Made by a program: the position numbers and the translations under genes
Shown: one piece after another, positions 34,237-43,786 of the stretch
Layout of the letters: each line of letters opens with the position of its first letter
How positions within the stretch are numbered: position 1 is the first letter of the stretch
The notes under the pieces: model-generated
What the model was told of the DNA's origin: nothing
Databases searched by the model: none
The model's input: only the letters and a program-made list of their open reading frames with translations
Source of the DNA: Spirochaetaceae bacterium
GTDB taxonomy: Bacteria; Spirochaetota; Spirochaetia; Treponematales; Breznakiellaceae
Assembly: GCA_031269165.1 (NCBI GenBank)
Contig: JAISZQ010000101.1
Span: forward strand, 1 to 43,875
Length of the DNA stretch: 43,875 nt
Direction of reading: 5' to 3'

Positions 34237-36069
34237 ATGCGGTTCATAAAAGACCGTAACTTGGTCGTAAAAATTATTGTGCTTTTCTCGGTAGTTCTTG
34301 TTTTTACAAACGGCATCGGAGGATTTTTTTATTATCATTACGCATACCGGGATTTATTGAACAACAACTACGAAAGTTCCAAAGAAACCTGTAACCAGAT
34401 TAACGTGTATTTAACCGAATATCTTAAATCCACCCTACGCAATATCTACGCCATGCCGAATGACAGGAATCTTTACAATGCCCTGAACCGTGGACTGTTT
34501 GAACCTTCCCTGCAAGATTATCTTAATCTTCAGCAGATTATGATTGACTCCATAAGCGAGATAAAATTCGGTAATTATTTTATCTCTTCCATAACCATGA
34601 TCACCCAAGGAGGCATATTCGATAATTTAGCCATAAAACGAAAGAGTAATTTCACGTTTGAGAAGGATATTTACGATTATTTTACCGCCAATCCCGGCAC
34701 TTCCATCGCGTGGTTTCCTGCCATGGAAAATCCGGTATACGAAAGCGCCGAAATAGTCATCCCCATTGTGTATCGTATAACGATCGATCTTAAACCCCTT
34801 TATGTCATCGTGTGCCTAAAGATGTCGGAATTCTCGGCCAATCTTGCCGAACTGTACGCCTCGGTGGATCAGATTTTTATTTTTGATCGCGGCGGATTGC
34901 CGGTAATTAACTATCCCGAATACTACGACGATATGATGGTTAAGATTAAACCTCTTGACGCGGAAAACAATATTCCAAAATGCGTGGAATTTGCATATCA
35001 GGGCAAGGGGTATCTTGTCTCCTATGTAACCATCCCGATTTCACAATGGACGGTATGTACCATTAAAACAACCGACGTGCTCCGTAAAAATATAAACAGC
35101 CTTCGCGTCTTTATACTGGTTAGCCTCGCCGCGAGCATTGTAAGCGGCCTCCTTCTGTCTTTCCTTTTTGCCAGAACCATTACCCGACCCTTGGCGCAGC
35201 TTGCTTCGATCATGAACAGGGCCCCCGATACCGGGTTTAACGTTGAATTCAACTGGCCCTACCGGGACGAGATCGGGACCCTTTCCAGAAGTTTTAACGT
35301 CATGGCCAAAAAAACAGATCAACTGGTAAACGCGCTGAACGAAAACATTGAAGCGCTCAAAAAAGAAAAAGAAAACATCAGAAGAGAACAGCAGTTGAAA
35401 CGAAAAGCCGAGCTTACGGCCCTCCAAACCCAGATAAATCCCCACTTCCTGTACAATACCCTGAATACCATTTCCTGGTACGCCTCGGATCGGGGCATAG
35501 ACGAAATAGCGGTGCTGGCCAATTCTTTGGGCCATTTCTTCCGAATTTCTTTAAGCCGGGGACGGGAGGTTATTTCCATAGACGAGGAAATCAAGCATAT
35601 TTTGAGTTATCTCGCAATCCAGTCCATACGGTATAAATCAAAACTCGAATATTTTATCGATGTTCCCGAAGATCTGAAAAAATACGAAACCATCAAACTG
35701 ATACTTCAGCCTCTGGTAGAAAACGCAATATACCACGGTATTAAGAACAAGGAAGGTCCCGGACATATTTATATCCGGGCCAGGGCGGAACAGCGGGAAA
35801 AATCGGCGGACATTATTTTTGAGATTGCCGACGACGGTACTGGAATGTCCCCGGAAGAACTAAAAAAAATCAATGGAAATCTGAGAAGGGGGATTATCAG
35901 AACCGGTTCCGGTTACGGTATCTATAACGTCAACGAAAGGCTCCGCCTTTTCTACGGTAAATCCTACGGCCTCATTCTGCGAAAGACGGAGGAAGGAATC
36001 GCCGCCATAGTTACCATACCCCGCCGGGAATTCAAGAATGAAGAAGAAAAGGATGATGAGGATGAATAA
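34237..36069 (+). CDS. YesM-type sensor histidine kinase (2 TM, HAMP, His_kinase PF06580-type, HATPase_c)
   Basis: Start moved to ATG 34237 (MRFIKDRNLVV..). Motifs QINPHFLYNTLNTISW, LQPLVENAIYHGI and DDGTGM. Confidence 0.85.
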   Translation: MRFIKDRNLVVKIIVLFSVVLVFTNGIGGFFYYHYAYRDLLNNNYESSKETCNQINVYLTEYLKSTLRNIYAMPNDRNLYNALNRGLFEPSLQDYLNLQQIMIDSISEIKFGNYFISSITMITQGGIFDNLAIKRKSNFTFEKDIYDYFTANPGTSIAWFPAMENPVYESAEIVIPIVYRITIDLKPLYVIVCLKMSEFSANLAELYASVDQIFIFDRGGLPVINYPEYYDDMMVKIKPLDAENNIPKCVEFAYQGKGYLVSYVTIPISQWTVCTIKTTDVLRKNINSLRVFILVSLAASIVSGLLLSFLFARTITRPLAQLASIMNRAPDTGFNVEFNWPYRDEIGTLSRSFNVMAKKTDQLVNALNENIEALKKEKENIRREQQLKRKAELTALQTQINPHFLYNTLNTISWYASDRGIDEIAVLANSLGHFFRISLSRGREVISIDEEIKHILSYLAIQSIRYKSKLEYFIDVPEDLKKYETIKLILQPLVENAIYHGIKNKEGPGHIYIRARAEQREKSADIIFEIADDGTGMSPEELKKINGNLRRGIIRTGSGYGIYNVNERLRLFYGKSYGLILRKTEEGIAAIVTIPRREFKNEEEKDDEDE

Positions 36070-37216
36070 GACGCTTAAAATTGTATTGGCCGACGATGAA
36101 GAAGTCATACGGGATACGCTGGCAAAAAAGATCAATTCCTCCAGTAGCGGATATTCGGTTGTGGCGGTGGCGGAAAGCGGGAGAGAAGCCCTGGAAAAAA
36201 TCAGGAGCCTTAAGCCTGATATTCTTTTAACCGATATTTGTATGCCCGGCATGGACGGGCTTGAATTGGTAAAGGAGGCGGCTGCGGCGGAGGGTTCGCT
36301 TAAAACCGTCATCATAAGCGGATACGATAATTTTTCTTATGCCAAGACCGCGATGAGTCTGGGCATAAGGGATTATATCCTTAAACCCTTTTCCCAGGAC
36401 GAGCTGTTCTCGGTTCTGGATAAAATCGCTTCCGAAATAGAAGCCGCAAGGAAACAGAGGCAGAGGGCAGAAGCCGATCTTGCCCCGGTTTTCTATACCC
36501 CCGGTCTATTAAAAAAATACCAGAGGAATGGTCCTCCGCGCCCCGGGGATTTGGAAGAACGCCTTTTGGTTCTTATCGAAAGGGGAGATGCGGAAAGGGC
36601 CCTTGAAATTTTTGACAGCCTCCTGGGTTCCTATTCCGCCTTGATGCAAAAGGGCCATGACACCCTGGTCTTTATGATGTTGGTGGAATTGATCCTTAAC
36701 ATTTCAAACATGATCACACAATCGGGGGATGAGGTGGAAAAGGGAGGAACCGAAACCCTTCTGGACAAACTCAAAAAAAACTTTTCCAAAGACGGCCTTG
36801 CCGATATAAGCGGCTCCATGAGGGAATATATCGCAGGGAGTTGTAACACCGTCAACCTTTCATACAAAAACCGAGGGAGAAAGATAGTCAATACGCTTAA
36901 AGATCTGATCGAAAAGAACCTGGGAGATGAAAATTTTTGCCTTGAAAAGGCGGCGAAAAAAATCCATTTCAGTGCCAGTTATATACGCCAGCTTTTCAGG
37001 CGCATAACCGGCGAAAGTTTTACGGAATACCTCATCAGGCGCCGCATGGAGACAGCCGGAAAATTGATTCTGATCCCCGAATACAGAATTCTGGATGTGG
37101 CGGAATACTCAGGCTACAGTAACCAGCGTTATTTCTCAAGTTGCTTTAAAAAGTACTATCACTGTACCCCTTCGGAGTACCGGGAAAGAATGAGAAAAAG
37201 CCCTGTACCAGGATAA
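36062..37216 (+). CDS. YesN-type response regulator with AraC-family HTH output
   Basis: KIVLADDEEVIRD..DILLTDICMPGMDG, and a C-terminal ..YIRQLFRRITGESFTEYL..GYSNQRYFSSCFKKYYHCTPSEYR. The start is one of several ATGs between 36038 and 36062. Confidence 0.85.
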   Translation: MNKTLKIVLADDEEVIRDTLAKKINSSSSGYSVVAVAESGREALEKIRSLKPDILLTDICMPGMDGLELVKEAAAAEGSLKTVIISGYDNFSYAKTAMSLGIRDYILKPFSQDELFSVLDKIASEIEAARKQRQRAEADLAPVFYTPGLLKKYQRNGPPRPGDLEERLLVLIERGDAERALEIFDSLLGSYSALMQKGHDTLVFMMLVELILNISNMITQSGDEVEKGGTETLLDKLKKNFSKDGLADISGSMREYIAGSCNTVNLSYKNRGRKIVNTLKDLIEKNLGDENFCLEKAAKKIHFSASYIRQLFRRITGESFTEYLIRRRMETAGKLILIPEYRILDVAEYSGYSNQRYFSSCFKKYYHCTPSEYRERMRKSPVPG

Positions 37217-37266
37217 ACGCATAGCAATTTTGAGAACCACCACGAACAAATGCATCCGGTGAGCCC

Positions 37267-37331
37267 GTCATTGCGAGCGAGCCACTCGCCAGGGCGGGCG
37301 AAGCAATCGGCTCAACGCTTCGCGTTGAGCG
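37267..37331. repeat. Partial REP-like family-1 element plus CTCAACGC-TTCG-GCGTTGAG hairpin
   Basis: GTCATTGCGAGCGAGCC..GGGCGAAGCAATCGG. Confidence 0.7.
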
Positions 37332-37344
37332 TGTGAAGGCCTTC

Positions 37345-37459
37345 GGGGGCGTTGCGGGGGTGTCCCCCGCTGAGGGGGGTGCCGGAAGCCTGTACAAACC
37401 CATACTGGTATAAAGGGTTTGTACAGGCCGGAGGCAGGGGGGAGACTTCCCCCCAACTG
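37345..37459 (+). repeat. Three-hairpin ~115-nt element, copy C (plus orientation)
   Basis: See 7794-7908. GGGGGCGTTGCGGGGGTGTCCCCCGCTGAGGGGGGTGCCGGAAGCCTGTACAAACCC..GGGTTTGTACAGGCCGGAGGCAGGGGGGAGACTTCCCCCCAACTG. Confidence 0.85.
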
Positions 37460-37527
37460 AATCGTTACAAAAAATGAAAAAATATTCAAATTTTTCGTCA
37501 AAAACACGCAAAAATACGCAAAAACAC

Positions 37528-37556
37528 TTGACAACGCAAAAATGCCATGATAATCT
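37528..37556 (+). promoter_or_regulatory. Sigma70-like promoter TTGACA-17-TAATCT behind an A-rich CGCAAAAA-repeat tract
   Basis: -35 at 37528-37533 and -10 at 37551-37556. The upstream tract resembles the one upstream of the licT promoter (TCGTCAAAAAC shared). Confidence 0.5.
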
Positions 37557-37595
37557 TATTGCGGAGTCCGAAATAAGTCGCGGAGGGACACGGCG

Positions 37596-38663
37596 TTGAG
37601 TAAGGTTAGTCTTAAGGATATGAAGTCGCAGAACCGGCGGCTCATCCTGCAATCTATTATAGATGGTCGGGGCGCGTCTCGTATAGCCCTGGCCCGGGAA
37701 ACCGGCCTGTCGCCCAGTACGGTAACGTCTCTGGTTGCGGAACTGCTGGAGGAAAAGGTGCTGGTGGAGAGCGGCGTCACGTTTTCTACCGGCGGACGGG
37801 GCCGCAGGGAACTCGCCATCAATTCGGGTTACGGGCTGATCGTCGTCGTTGAGATTGGGCGGCAGCGGGTCAGTTTGTGCACCTATGATATGACGCTTGC
37901 CAAACTGGACGAAAAGCCCCTCGGCGAACGCCGTCTTTCAGGAAACAACCTGTTCTTTGAGATTTCCACGGCAATCTTCGATCAGTTTTATAAGAAAGAT
38001 GAGAATCTGCGCCTGGCCGGAATCGGGCTCTTGTTTCAGGAAGATATGATCGAAAGCGATCTAAATGTCATGTTTTCTACCTCGCTTTCTGCGGATAACA
38101 TTTCGCTTCGGGAAGCGTTGTCCACCCAGTTCAGGGTGCCGGTAGCGGGGGAGTATTCGGTCAGCGAGGTGCTTAACGCTCTTGAGACGGACGAAGTGAA
38201 AAACAGCGTCCATGTTGCCCTCGCGCATAAGGTTCTGGTCAGCCTGACCATCGACGGCCGCACCCTGCACATGCGGGAGGGAAAGAGCGCGGATATTACC
38301 GGCCTCCTCTCCTCGTTTCAAGCCGCCGGGCCGTGGGCGGAATCTTCTTTTCAGGATAATAAACATCAGGATAACACACAGGATAAAACAAAACAGCCGT
38401 CATTGCTTTCCGCTCTGGCGAGGGTACTGGCTTTGTTGTGCGGCCTGTTTACGCTGGACATCATTCTGCTTTCCGGGGAGGCGGCTAAAGCGGGCGGGTT
38501 TGCGGCATCGGTGCGGGAAATCTTAGGCAGGATTCTTTCCCCCGCCACGCCGCCGCCCATCAAGATACTGGAGCCGAGGGACGCCAAACTCGCGGAGAAA
38601 ATGGCGCGGCGCATTCGGAATACTGTTCTGGGTTCCGTCATGATTTTTACCGGAGGATGGTGA
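37596..38663 (+). CDS. ROK-family-like transcriptional regulator (wHTH plus degenerate sugar-kinase-like domain)
   Basis: TTG start 9 nt after GGAGGG. NRRLILQSIIDGRGASRIALARETGLSPSTVTSLVAELLEEKVL..GGRGRR is a typical NagC/Mlc-type N-terminus. No CxCGxxGC Zn motif was found. Confidence 0.6.
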   Translation: MSKVSLKDMKSQNRRLILQSIIDGRGASRIALARETGLSPSTVTSLVAELLEEKVLVESGVTFSTGGRGRRELAINSGYGLIVVVEIGRQRVSLCTYDMTLAKLDEKPLGERRLSGNNLFFEISTAIFDQFYKKDENLRLAGIGLLFQEDMIESDLNVMFSTSLSADNISLREALSTQFRVPVAGEYSVSEVLNALETDEVKNSVHVALAHKVLVSLTIDGRTLHMREGKSADITGLLSSFQAAGPWAESSFQDNKHQDNTQDKTKQPSLLSALARVLALLCGLFTLDIILLSGEAAKAGGFAASVREILGRILSPATPPPIKILEPRDAKLAEKMARRIRNTVLGSVMIFTGGW

Positions 38664-39358
38664 TGCGGTTTCACAAGATGATAGCACAAAACAAGTTTAC
38701 GCTGGTTGCCAGTCTGCCGGAAAATAATCTTGCTCTGGCGGAAGCCGCGCTGAAGGGCGGTGCCGAGGCGATTAAGGTACACGTCAATGTGTGGCACCGT
38801 GCCAGCGGGCATACCTTCGGCAGTTTTGCGGAAAACAGGCAGTTTTTGCGGGAACTGGTACGGCTCTGCGGCGACACGCCGGTGGGCCTCGTGCCCGGCG
38901 GCGGCGAGGCGTTTATCAGCGTGGAGGAACGGGACGAGATTGAGGCTCTGGGCATTGATTTCTTTTCCGCCTACGCGGCCCATCTGCCCAATTACATGAT
39001 GGACTCAAAAAGCCTCAGCCGCATGGCCGCCATTGACAGCAATTTTAGCCAAAACACCCTCGACGGGATTAACCGTTATCCGCCGGACGTACTTGAGTGC
39101 AGCATCCAGCCCGGCGAGGCCTACAACGAAAAATTACGGTATGCGGATATACTCTCGTATGCCGGCATTGCCGCGAGGGTAAAAATCCCCGTCTTGATCC
39201 CGACGCAGAAGTGGATGAGCCCCGGCGAAGTACCTCATCTTTTCACCGTCGGCTGCAAGGCGCTCATGATTGGCGCGGTGGTAATGGGAAAAGACCCATG
39301 CGCGGCCGAGGTTGAGAAAACCTGCGCCGCTTTTAGGGGTGCTATTCGGGACCTGTGA
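38663..39358 (+). CDS. Hypothetical protein, alternating beta/alpha (TIM-barrel-like) pattern
   Basis: ATG 38663 overlaps the ROK-like TGA (TGATG) and sits 6 nt after GGAGG. GGAEAIKVHVNV, VGLVPGGG and GCKALMIGAVVMG are reminiscent of phosphate-binding barrels. I recognise no family. Confidence 0.45.
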   Translation: MRFHKMIAQNKFTLVASLPENNLALAEAALKGGAEAIKVHVNVWHRASGHTFGSFAENRQFLRELVRLCGDTPVGLVPGGGEAFISVEERDEIEALGIDFFSAYAAHLPNYMMDSKSLSRMAAIDSNFSQNTLDGINRYPPDVLECSIQPGEAYNEKLRYADILSYAGIAARVKIPVLIPTQKWMSPGEVPHLFTVGCKALMIGAVVMGKDPCAAEVEKTCAAFRGAIRDL

Positions 39359-39519
39359 GCCTGTTCCAAAACTCGGTTAGTTTTGACAGGCTGAGCTAAA
39401 GCATTGCAGTTTCTTAGGCTTAAAAGCCTTAGCTGAAGCCGGGCTAAAGCTGGGCTTTAGCCTTACGAAACTGCACTTTTTAAAGGTTGCTGTTCCAAAA
39501 CTTGAGGTTTTGGAACAGC
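39355..39519. repeat. Three consecutive hairpins: family-2 (39355-39395), long imperfect palindrome plus T5 (39405-39480), family-2 (39489-39519)
   Basis: TGCAGTTTC/GAAACTGCA closes a 71-nt structure containing GGCTAAAGC-TGG-GCTTTAGCC. The third hairpin is GCTGTTCCAAAAC-TTGAG-GTTTTGGAACAGC. Confidence 0.8.
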
Positions 39520-39633
39520 CTCCTGTAACAATAGGGGTTTCACCAATGGAATGATTTCCGCCGCAAGGCGGGTTTCAGCAGACTGACAAGTCTGAAATAA
39601 ATTAAAAGCGGGCAGGACCCGTGGAGGAATGGT

Positions 39634-40959
39634 ATGGTACAAGGCACGTTGATCATTGTAGTCTTTTTCGTTCTGGCGTTGCTCATGATTGCGAGAAAGA
39701 TTCCCACGTTTCTGGCGATGATTTTATTGGCAATCATCACCTGTATTATTGCCGGGGTTCCCATGGTGGGAACCAACGACAAAGGCGCCGCTATCGGCTG
39801 GCTTCAAACTATTGTGGAAGCCGGATCGGTTCGCATGGCCGCCGCTATTGCGGCGATTGTGTTCGGCTCCTGGCTCGGTCAGCTTCTGAACCGCACCGGG
39901 GTAACCGAAGCGATTATTAAAAAGAGCGCCGAACTGGGCGGAGACAGGCCCCTCGTCGTGGCCCTGATACTGATAGTCGCCAACGCGCTGCTCTTTACCA
40001 CGTTGAGCGGCCTCGGCTCGGTCATCATGGTGGGTTCCATTATTCTGCCCATTCTTATCTCTGTCGGGATTCCCGCGTCCACTGCGGCGGGCATCTTCCT
40101 CATGTCTTTCAATGTCGGCCTGACGTTCAACATGGTAAACTGGCAGACCTTTACCTCGATATTCTCGCTCGACATAGAAACCATCCAGCGTTTTGAGGTC
40201 TATATGCTGGCGGCCACCGCCATCGCCACTGTGGTATTTGTCTTCGTGGAATTCCGCCGCAACGGCAGGAAGTTCGCCTTTGCCGCGCCGGTAAACGGCA
40301 AATTCGCCCCCAAAGATGAGGGTACCGACGATGTTCGCCCCCTGAAAGGGATTGCCGGGTTCTGCGCCCTGCTTACCCCCATCATCCCCATCATTCTGGT
40401 TATTGCCCTGAAAATCCCGGTTATCCCGGCGTTTATGGCGGGTATTCTCTGGGTGTTGATCTTTACCGCCACGAGTTTTACGAAGGCGATGAATATGCTT
40501 ATGAAGACCTGCTATGACGGTTTTACCGCCGGGGCACCGGCACTGATTCTGTTTATCTCTCTGGGTATGTTGCTCCTCGCGGTGACCAATCCCATGGTCA
40601 AAGAGATTCTCAACCCGTTCCTCTTGGCGGTTGTTCCCTCCGGGCGGATCGCGTTTATTATTTTCTTTGCTCTGCTGGCGCCGCTTTCGCTGTACCGGGG
40701 GCCCCTCAACCTCTTTGGCTTGGGTTCCGGCATTGCCGCTCTGGTCATCGGGCTTGGGACGATCAACCCGCTGGCGGTTATGGGCGCGTTCCTCTCGGCG
40801 GAACGCATTCAGGGTTGCGGCGATCCGACCAACACCCAGAATGTCTGGACCGCCAACTTTGCCGAGGTTGACGTAAACAGCATCACGAAAAAACTGTTGC
40901 CCTATCTCTGGATTGTGGCGGCAATCGGGGTGATCACCACCGGTATCATCTATTTTTGA
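39634..40959 (+). CDS. IT-superfamily (GntP/CitMHS-like) permease
   Basis: 441 aa with 10 or more hydrophobic segments. GGAGGA RBS. Internal-repeat-like architecture typical of GntP-type carriers. The subfamily is uncertain. Confidence 0.5.
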   Translation: MVQGTLIIVVFFVLALLMIARKIPTFLAMILLAIITCIIAGVPMVGTNDKGAAIGWLQTIVEAGSVRMAAAIAAIVFGSWLGQLLNRTGVTEAIIKKSAELGGDRPLVVALILIVANALLFTTLSGLGSVIMVGSIILPILISVGIPASTAAGIFLMSFNVGLTFNMVNWQTFTSIFSLDIETIQRFEVYMLAATAIATVVFVFVEFRRNGRKFAFAAPVNGKFAPKDEGTDDVRPLKGIAGFCALLTPIIPIILVIALKIPVIPAFMAGILWVLIFTATSFTKAMNMLMKTCYDGFTAGAPALILFISLGMLLLAVTNPMVKEILNPFLLAVVPSGRIAFIIFFALLAPLSLYRGPLNLFGLGSGIAALVIGLGTINPLAVMGAFLSAERIQGCGDPTNTQNVWTANFAEVDVNSITKKLLPYLWIVAAIGVITTGIIYF

Positions 40960-40995
40960 AATTGTGGAGAAAAACATTTTGGAGGAAGAACTTTC

Positions 40996-43155
40996 ATGAA
41001 GGCGCGTATTGGAATTGATGTAGGCGGGACTTTTACGGACGCCGTTGCGGTTGATAACGAAACCTATGAACTCATCGGTACCTGCAAGGTCCCCACCACC
41101 CATTTTGCCGCCGAGGGCGTGGCGGCGGGGATTGTCAAGGCACTGTACCTCGTAATGGAACAGTGCGGAATACAGCCTGAGGAAGTTATTTTTATTGCCC
41201 ATGGAACAACCCAGGCCACCAACGCCCTCTTGGAGGGGGACGTGGCCCAGGTTGGCATTGTGACGCTGGGCCGGGGTCTTGAGGGGATAAAGAGTAAGAG
41301 CGACACCAATATTGGCGACATTGAACTGGCCGAGGGAAAGTTTTTACGCTCTTCCCCTGTCTATGTTGACTCAGGCAACGCTGCCGCTATGGAGGACGAG
41401 GTTCGGGCCGGTCTCGACAAACTGACTGAGCAGGGAAGCGCAAGCATCGTGGCGGCTGAAGCCTTTAGCGTTGACGATCCTGAAAACGAAAACGCGGTTC
41501 TGGCCCTGTGCGTTGAAAGGGAAATCCCCGCCACCGCGACCAACGATGTGTCCAAACTCTACGGCCTCAAGATGCGTACCCGCACGGCGGCGGTAAACGC
41601 CAGCATTATGCCCAAGATGCTGGAAGCCGCGATGATGACCGAACGGAGCATTCAGGCGGCGGGGATCAAAAGCCCCCTCATGGTGATGCGCTGTGACGGG
41701 GGCGTTATGACGGTGGAGGAGGTACGCAGGCGGCCTATCCTTACCATCTTGTCCGGCCCCGCCGCCGGGGTTGCCGGGGCGTTGATGTACGAAAAACTCA
41801 CCGACGGCATTTTCTTCGAGGTGGGGGGAACGTCCACGGACATTTCCTGCGTGAAAGACGGCAAGGTGATGATTAAATATGCCGAGGTGGGAGGACACAA
41901 GACCTACCTGAGCAGTTTGGATGTCCGCACCGTCGGCATCGGGGGCGGCAGCATGATCGCGCTCAAAAACGGCAAGGCGGTAGACGTCGGCCCCCGGAGC
42001 GTTCACATTGCGGGGCTTGCCTACGAGGTGTACACCGAGGCGGACAAGATCGTGAACCCCCGCCTCGTGGAAGTACACCCCAAAGAAGGGGACCCCGCCT
42101 ACGCCTGTGTTGAATGCTCAGGCGGGCTCAGGCTGGCCCTGAGCCTCGCGGGGGCGGCAAATATTGCGGGCTTTGTCCCTTCAGGTGATTATGCGGCGGG
42201 AAATAAAGATGCCGCCCGGAAGGCATGGCAGCCCCTCGCGGACAACATGGGCTGCACGGTAGAAGAAGCCGCCGCGCAGGTGTTGGCTTTTTCGGCGAAG
42301 AAGAACGGCAAAGTGGTCGCCGCCCTGTTGCGCGACTATGAAATGGATCCGAGGACCACCGAATTTGTCGGCGGTGGCGGCGGCGCGGCGGCGGTGGTTC
42401 CCCATCTCGCCGGTACGATGGGACACCGCTGGCGGATTGCCCGGAACGCGCCGGTAATTTCCACCATCGGGGTTGCCCTTGCCATGGTTCGGGACATGGT
42501 GGAACGGATCATCGTCAATCCCTCGGACAAAGACCTTGTTGCCATTCGCCGCGAGGCCGAACAGAAGGCAATCGCCGGCGGGGCCGCGCCGGGCACGGTC
42601 GAGGTGAGCGTACAGGTAGACACCCAGCGCAATCTGGTACGGGCCATCGCGGTGGGCGCTACGGAAATGCGGAGCAAGAACCTGTTGAACCGCAGGCTCT
42701 CCGAACCGGATCTGCTGGCACTGGTCGCGGAAAACCTGGGTGTCCATGAGGCAAACGGCGAAACCTTAGCCATAAACGCCCGGAGCGAAGGCATGTATGC
42801 GGTACAGTACGACAAAACAGAAAAAAAATACTTTGGCCTTATCAAAAAAAGAACAAAACCCTTGCGGCTTGTGGACGAGGAAGGGGTTATCCGGCTTCAA
42901 AAAAAGAACGCCAGAGTATTACAGACATCGGCTTCAGGCTGGCGGGAACAGGTCGCCCGAATACTGGAGGAATTGACGATCTATGATGACGGCGGAACCA
43001 CCCTGCCCAATCTGTATATTGTCGTGGGGAAACGGATCATCGATCTTTCGGGGCTTCCCTCGGAGGAATCGATCTACAGCCTCGGCGCGGTGGAACTTTC
43101 CGGCTACCATGATGACACGCCCCTCATCATCATCGGCACCGGAAGGCTCGATTAA
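40996..43155 (+). CDS. Hydantoinase/oxoprolinase A (HyuA)-family ASKHA ATPase
   Basis: MKARIGIDVGGTFTDAV (Hydant_A_N), SGPAAGVAGA and FEVGGTSTDIS (Hydantoinase_A). 719 aa. Confidence 0.75.
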   Translation: MKARIGIDVGGTFTDAVAVDNETYELIGTCKVPTTHFAAEGVAAGIVKALYLVMEQCGIQPEEVIFIAHGTTQATNALLEGDVAQVGIVTLGRGLEGIKSKSDTNIGDIELAEGKFLRSSPVYVDSGNAAAMEDEVRAGLDKLTEQGSASIVAAEAFSVDDPENENAVLALCVEREIPATATNDVSKLYGLKMRTRTAAVNASIMPKMLEAAMMTERSIQAAGIKSPLMVMRCDGGVMTVEEVRRRPILTILSGPAAGVAGALMYEKLTDGIFFEVGGTSTDISCVKDGKVMIKYAEVGGHKTYLSSLDVRTVGIGGGSMIALKNGKAVDVGPRSVHIAGLAYEVYTEADKIVNPRLVEVHPKEGDPAYACVECSGGLRLALSLAGAANIAGFVPSGDYAAGNKDAARKAWQPLADNMGCTVEEAAAQVLAFSAKKNGKVVAALLRDYEMDPRTTEFVGGGGGAAAVVPHLAGTMGHRWRIARNAPVISTIGVALAMVRDMVERIIVNPSDKDLVAIRREAEQKAIAGGAAPGTVEVSVQVDTQRNLVRAIAVGATEMRSKNLLNRRLSEPDLLALVAENLGVHEANGETLAINARSEGMYAVQYDKTEKKYFGLIKKRTKPLRLVDEEGVIRLQKKNARVLQTSASGWREQVARILEELTIYDDGGTTLPNLYIVVGKRIIDLSGLPSEESIYSLGAVELSGYHDDTPLIIIGTGRLD

Positions 43156-43169
43156 GGGCGGGAACGGCT

Positions 43170-43712
43170 ATGCCGCCTGATTACACCCTGCCGTTTCCCG
43201 GCCCCGATCTCGCGGAACAGGAGTTACGTTACGATTACTGTTACGCGAAGATCCCCCCGGAAGACAGGGCGGGGATTGTGAACATGGCTTGGGAACGGGG
43301 GACGGCGGCGGCGCGGGATGTCTTTGCAAGATATGACGGGGAAGGGAACTTCTTTGTCATCGCCGAACGAAGCGGCCTCTCGTGCGAGGAGGTGGACAAG
43401 GACTATGTGATGGGAGATCTCCGTTACTTCAGCGACTATCTTTCCGGGCAGAAACGCATCCGCCTCTATACCCGGTCCATCGCGCTCTGGGCGGAACAAA
43501 ACAACATGGATGAAGCAGCCGCACGGAACCTGATTTTGAGCCATGAGTATTTTCACTTTCTGGAATGCACCGCTCTGGGACTGACCAGCCGACTCTATCA
43601 GGTTCCCATGCTCATCATCGGCCCTTTCAAAATAGGACGCACCGGCATACGGGCCCTCTCGGAAATAGGCGCCCACGCCTTTGCCCATGCGTACCATCAG
43701 TTGCTCTTATAG
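43170..43712 (+). CDS. 180-aa hypothetical protein with an HExxH motif (putative small zinc metallopeptidase-like)
   Basis: LILSHEYFHFLE contains H-E-Y-F-H. Further His residues occur in EIGAHAFAHAYH. I recognise no family. Confidence 0.35.
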   Translation: MPPDYTLPFPGPDLAEQELRYDYCYAKIPPEDRAGIVNMAWERGTAAARDVFARYDGEGNFFVIAERSGLSCEEVDKDYVMGDLRYFSDYLSGQKRIRLYTRSIALWAEQNNMDEAAARNLILSHEYFHFLECTALGLTSRLYQVPMLIIGPFKIGRTGIRALSEIGAHAFAHAYHQLLL

Positions 43713-43760
43713 GGATAGCATATCCCCGGTCATTGCAACAACATGAATGGCAAATAAAAA

Positions 43761-43786
43761 GGGGGAAGTCTCCCCCACGCTCCAGA
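43761..43786 (-). repeat. Partial copy of the third hairpin of the three-hairpin element
   Basis: GGGGGAAGTCTCCCCCACGCTCCAG compared with GGGGGGAAGTCTCCCCCCTGCCTCCAG at 7799-7825. Confidence 0.6.
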
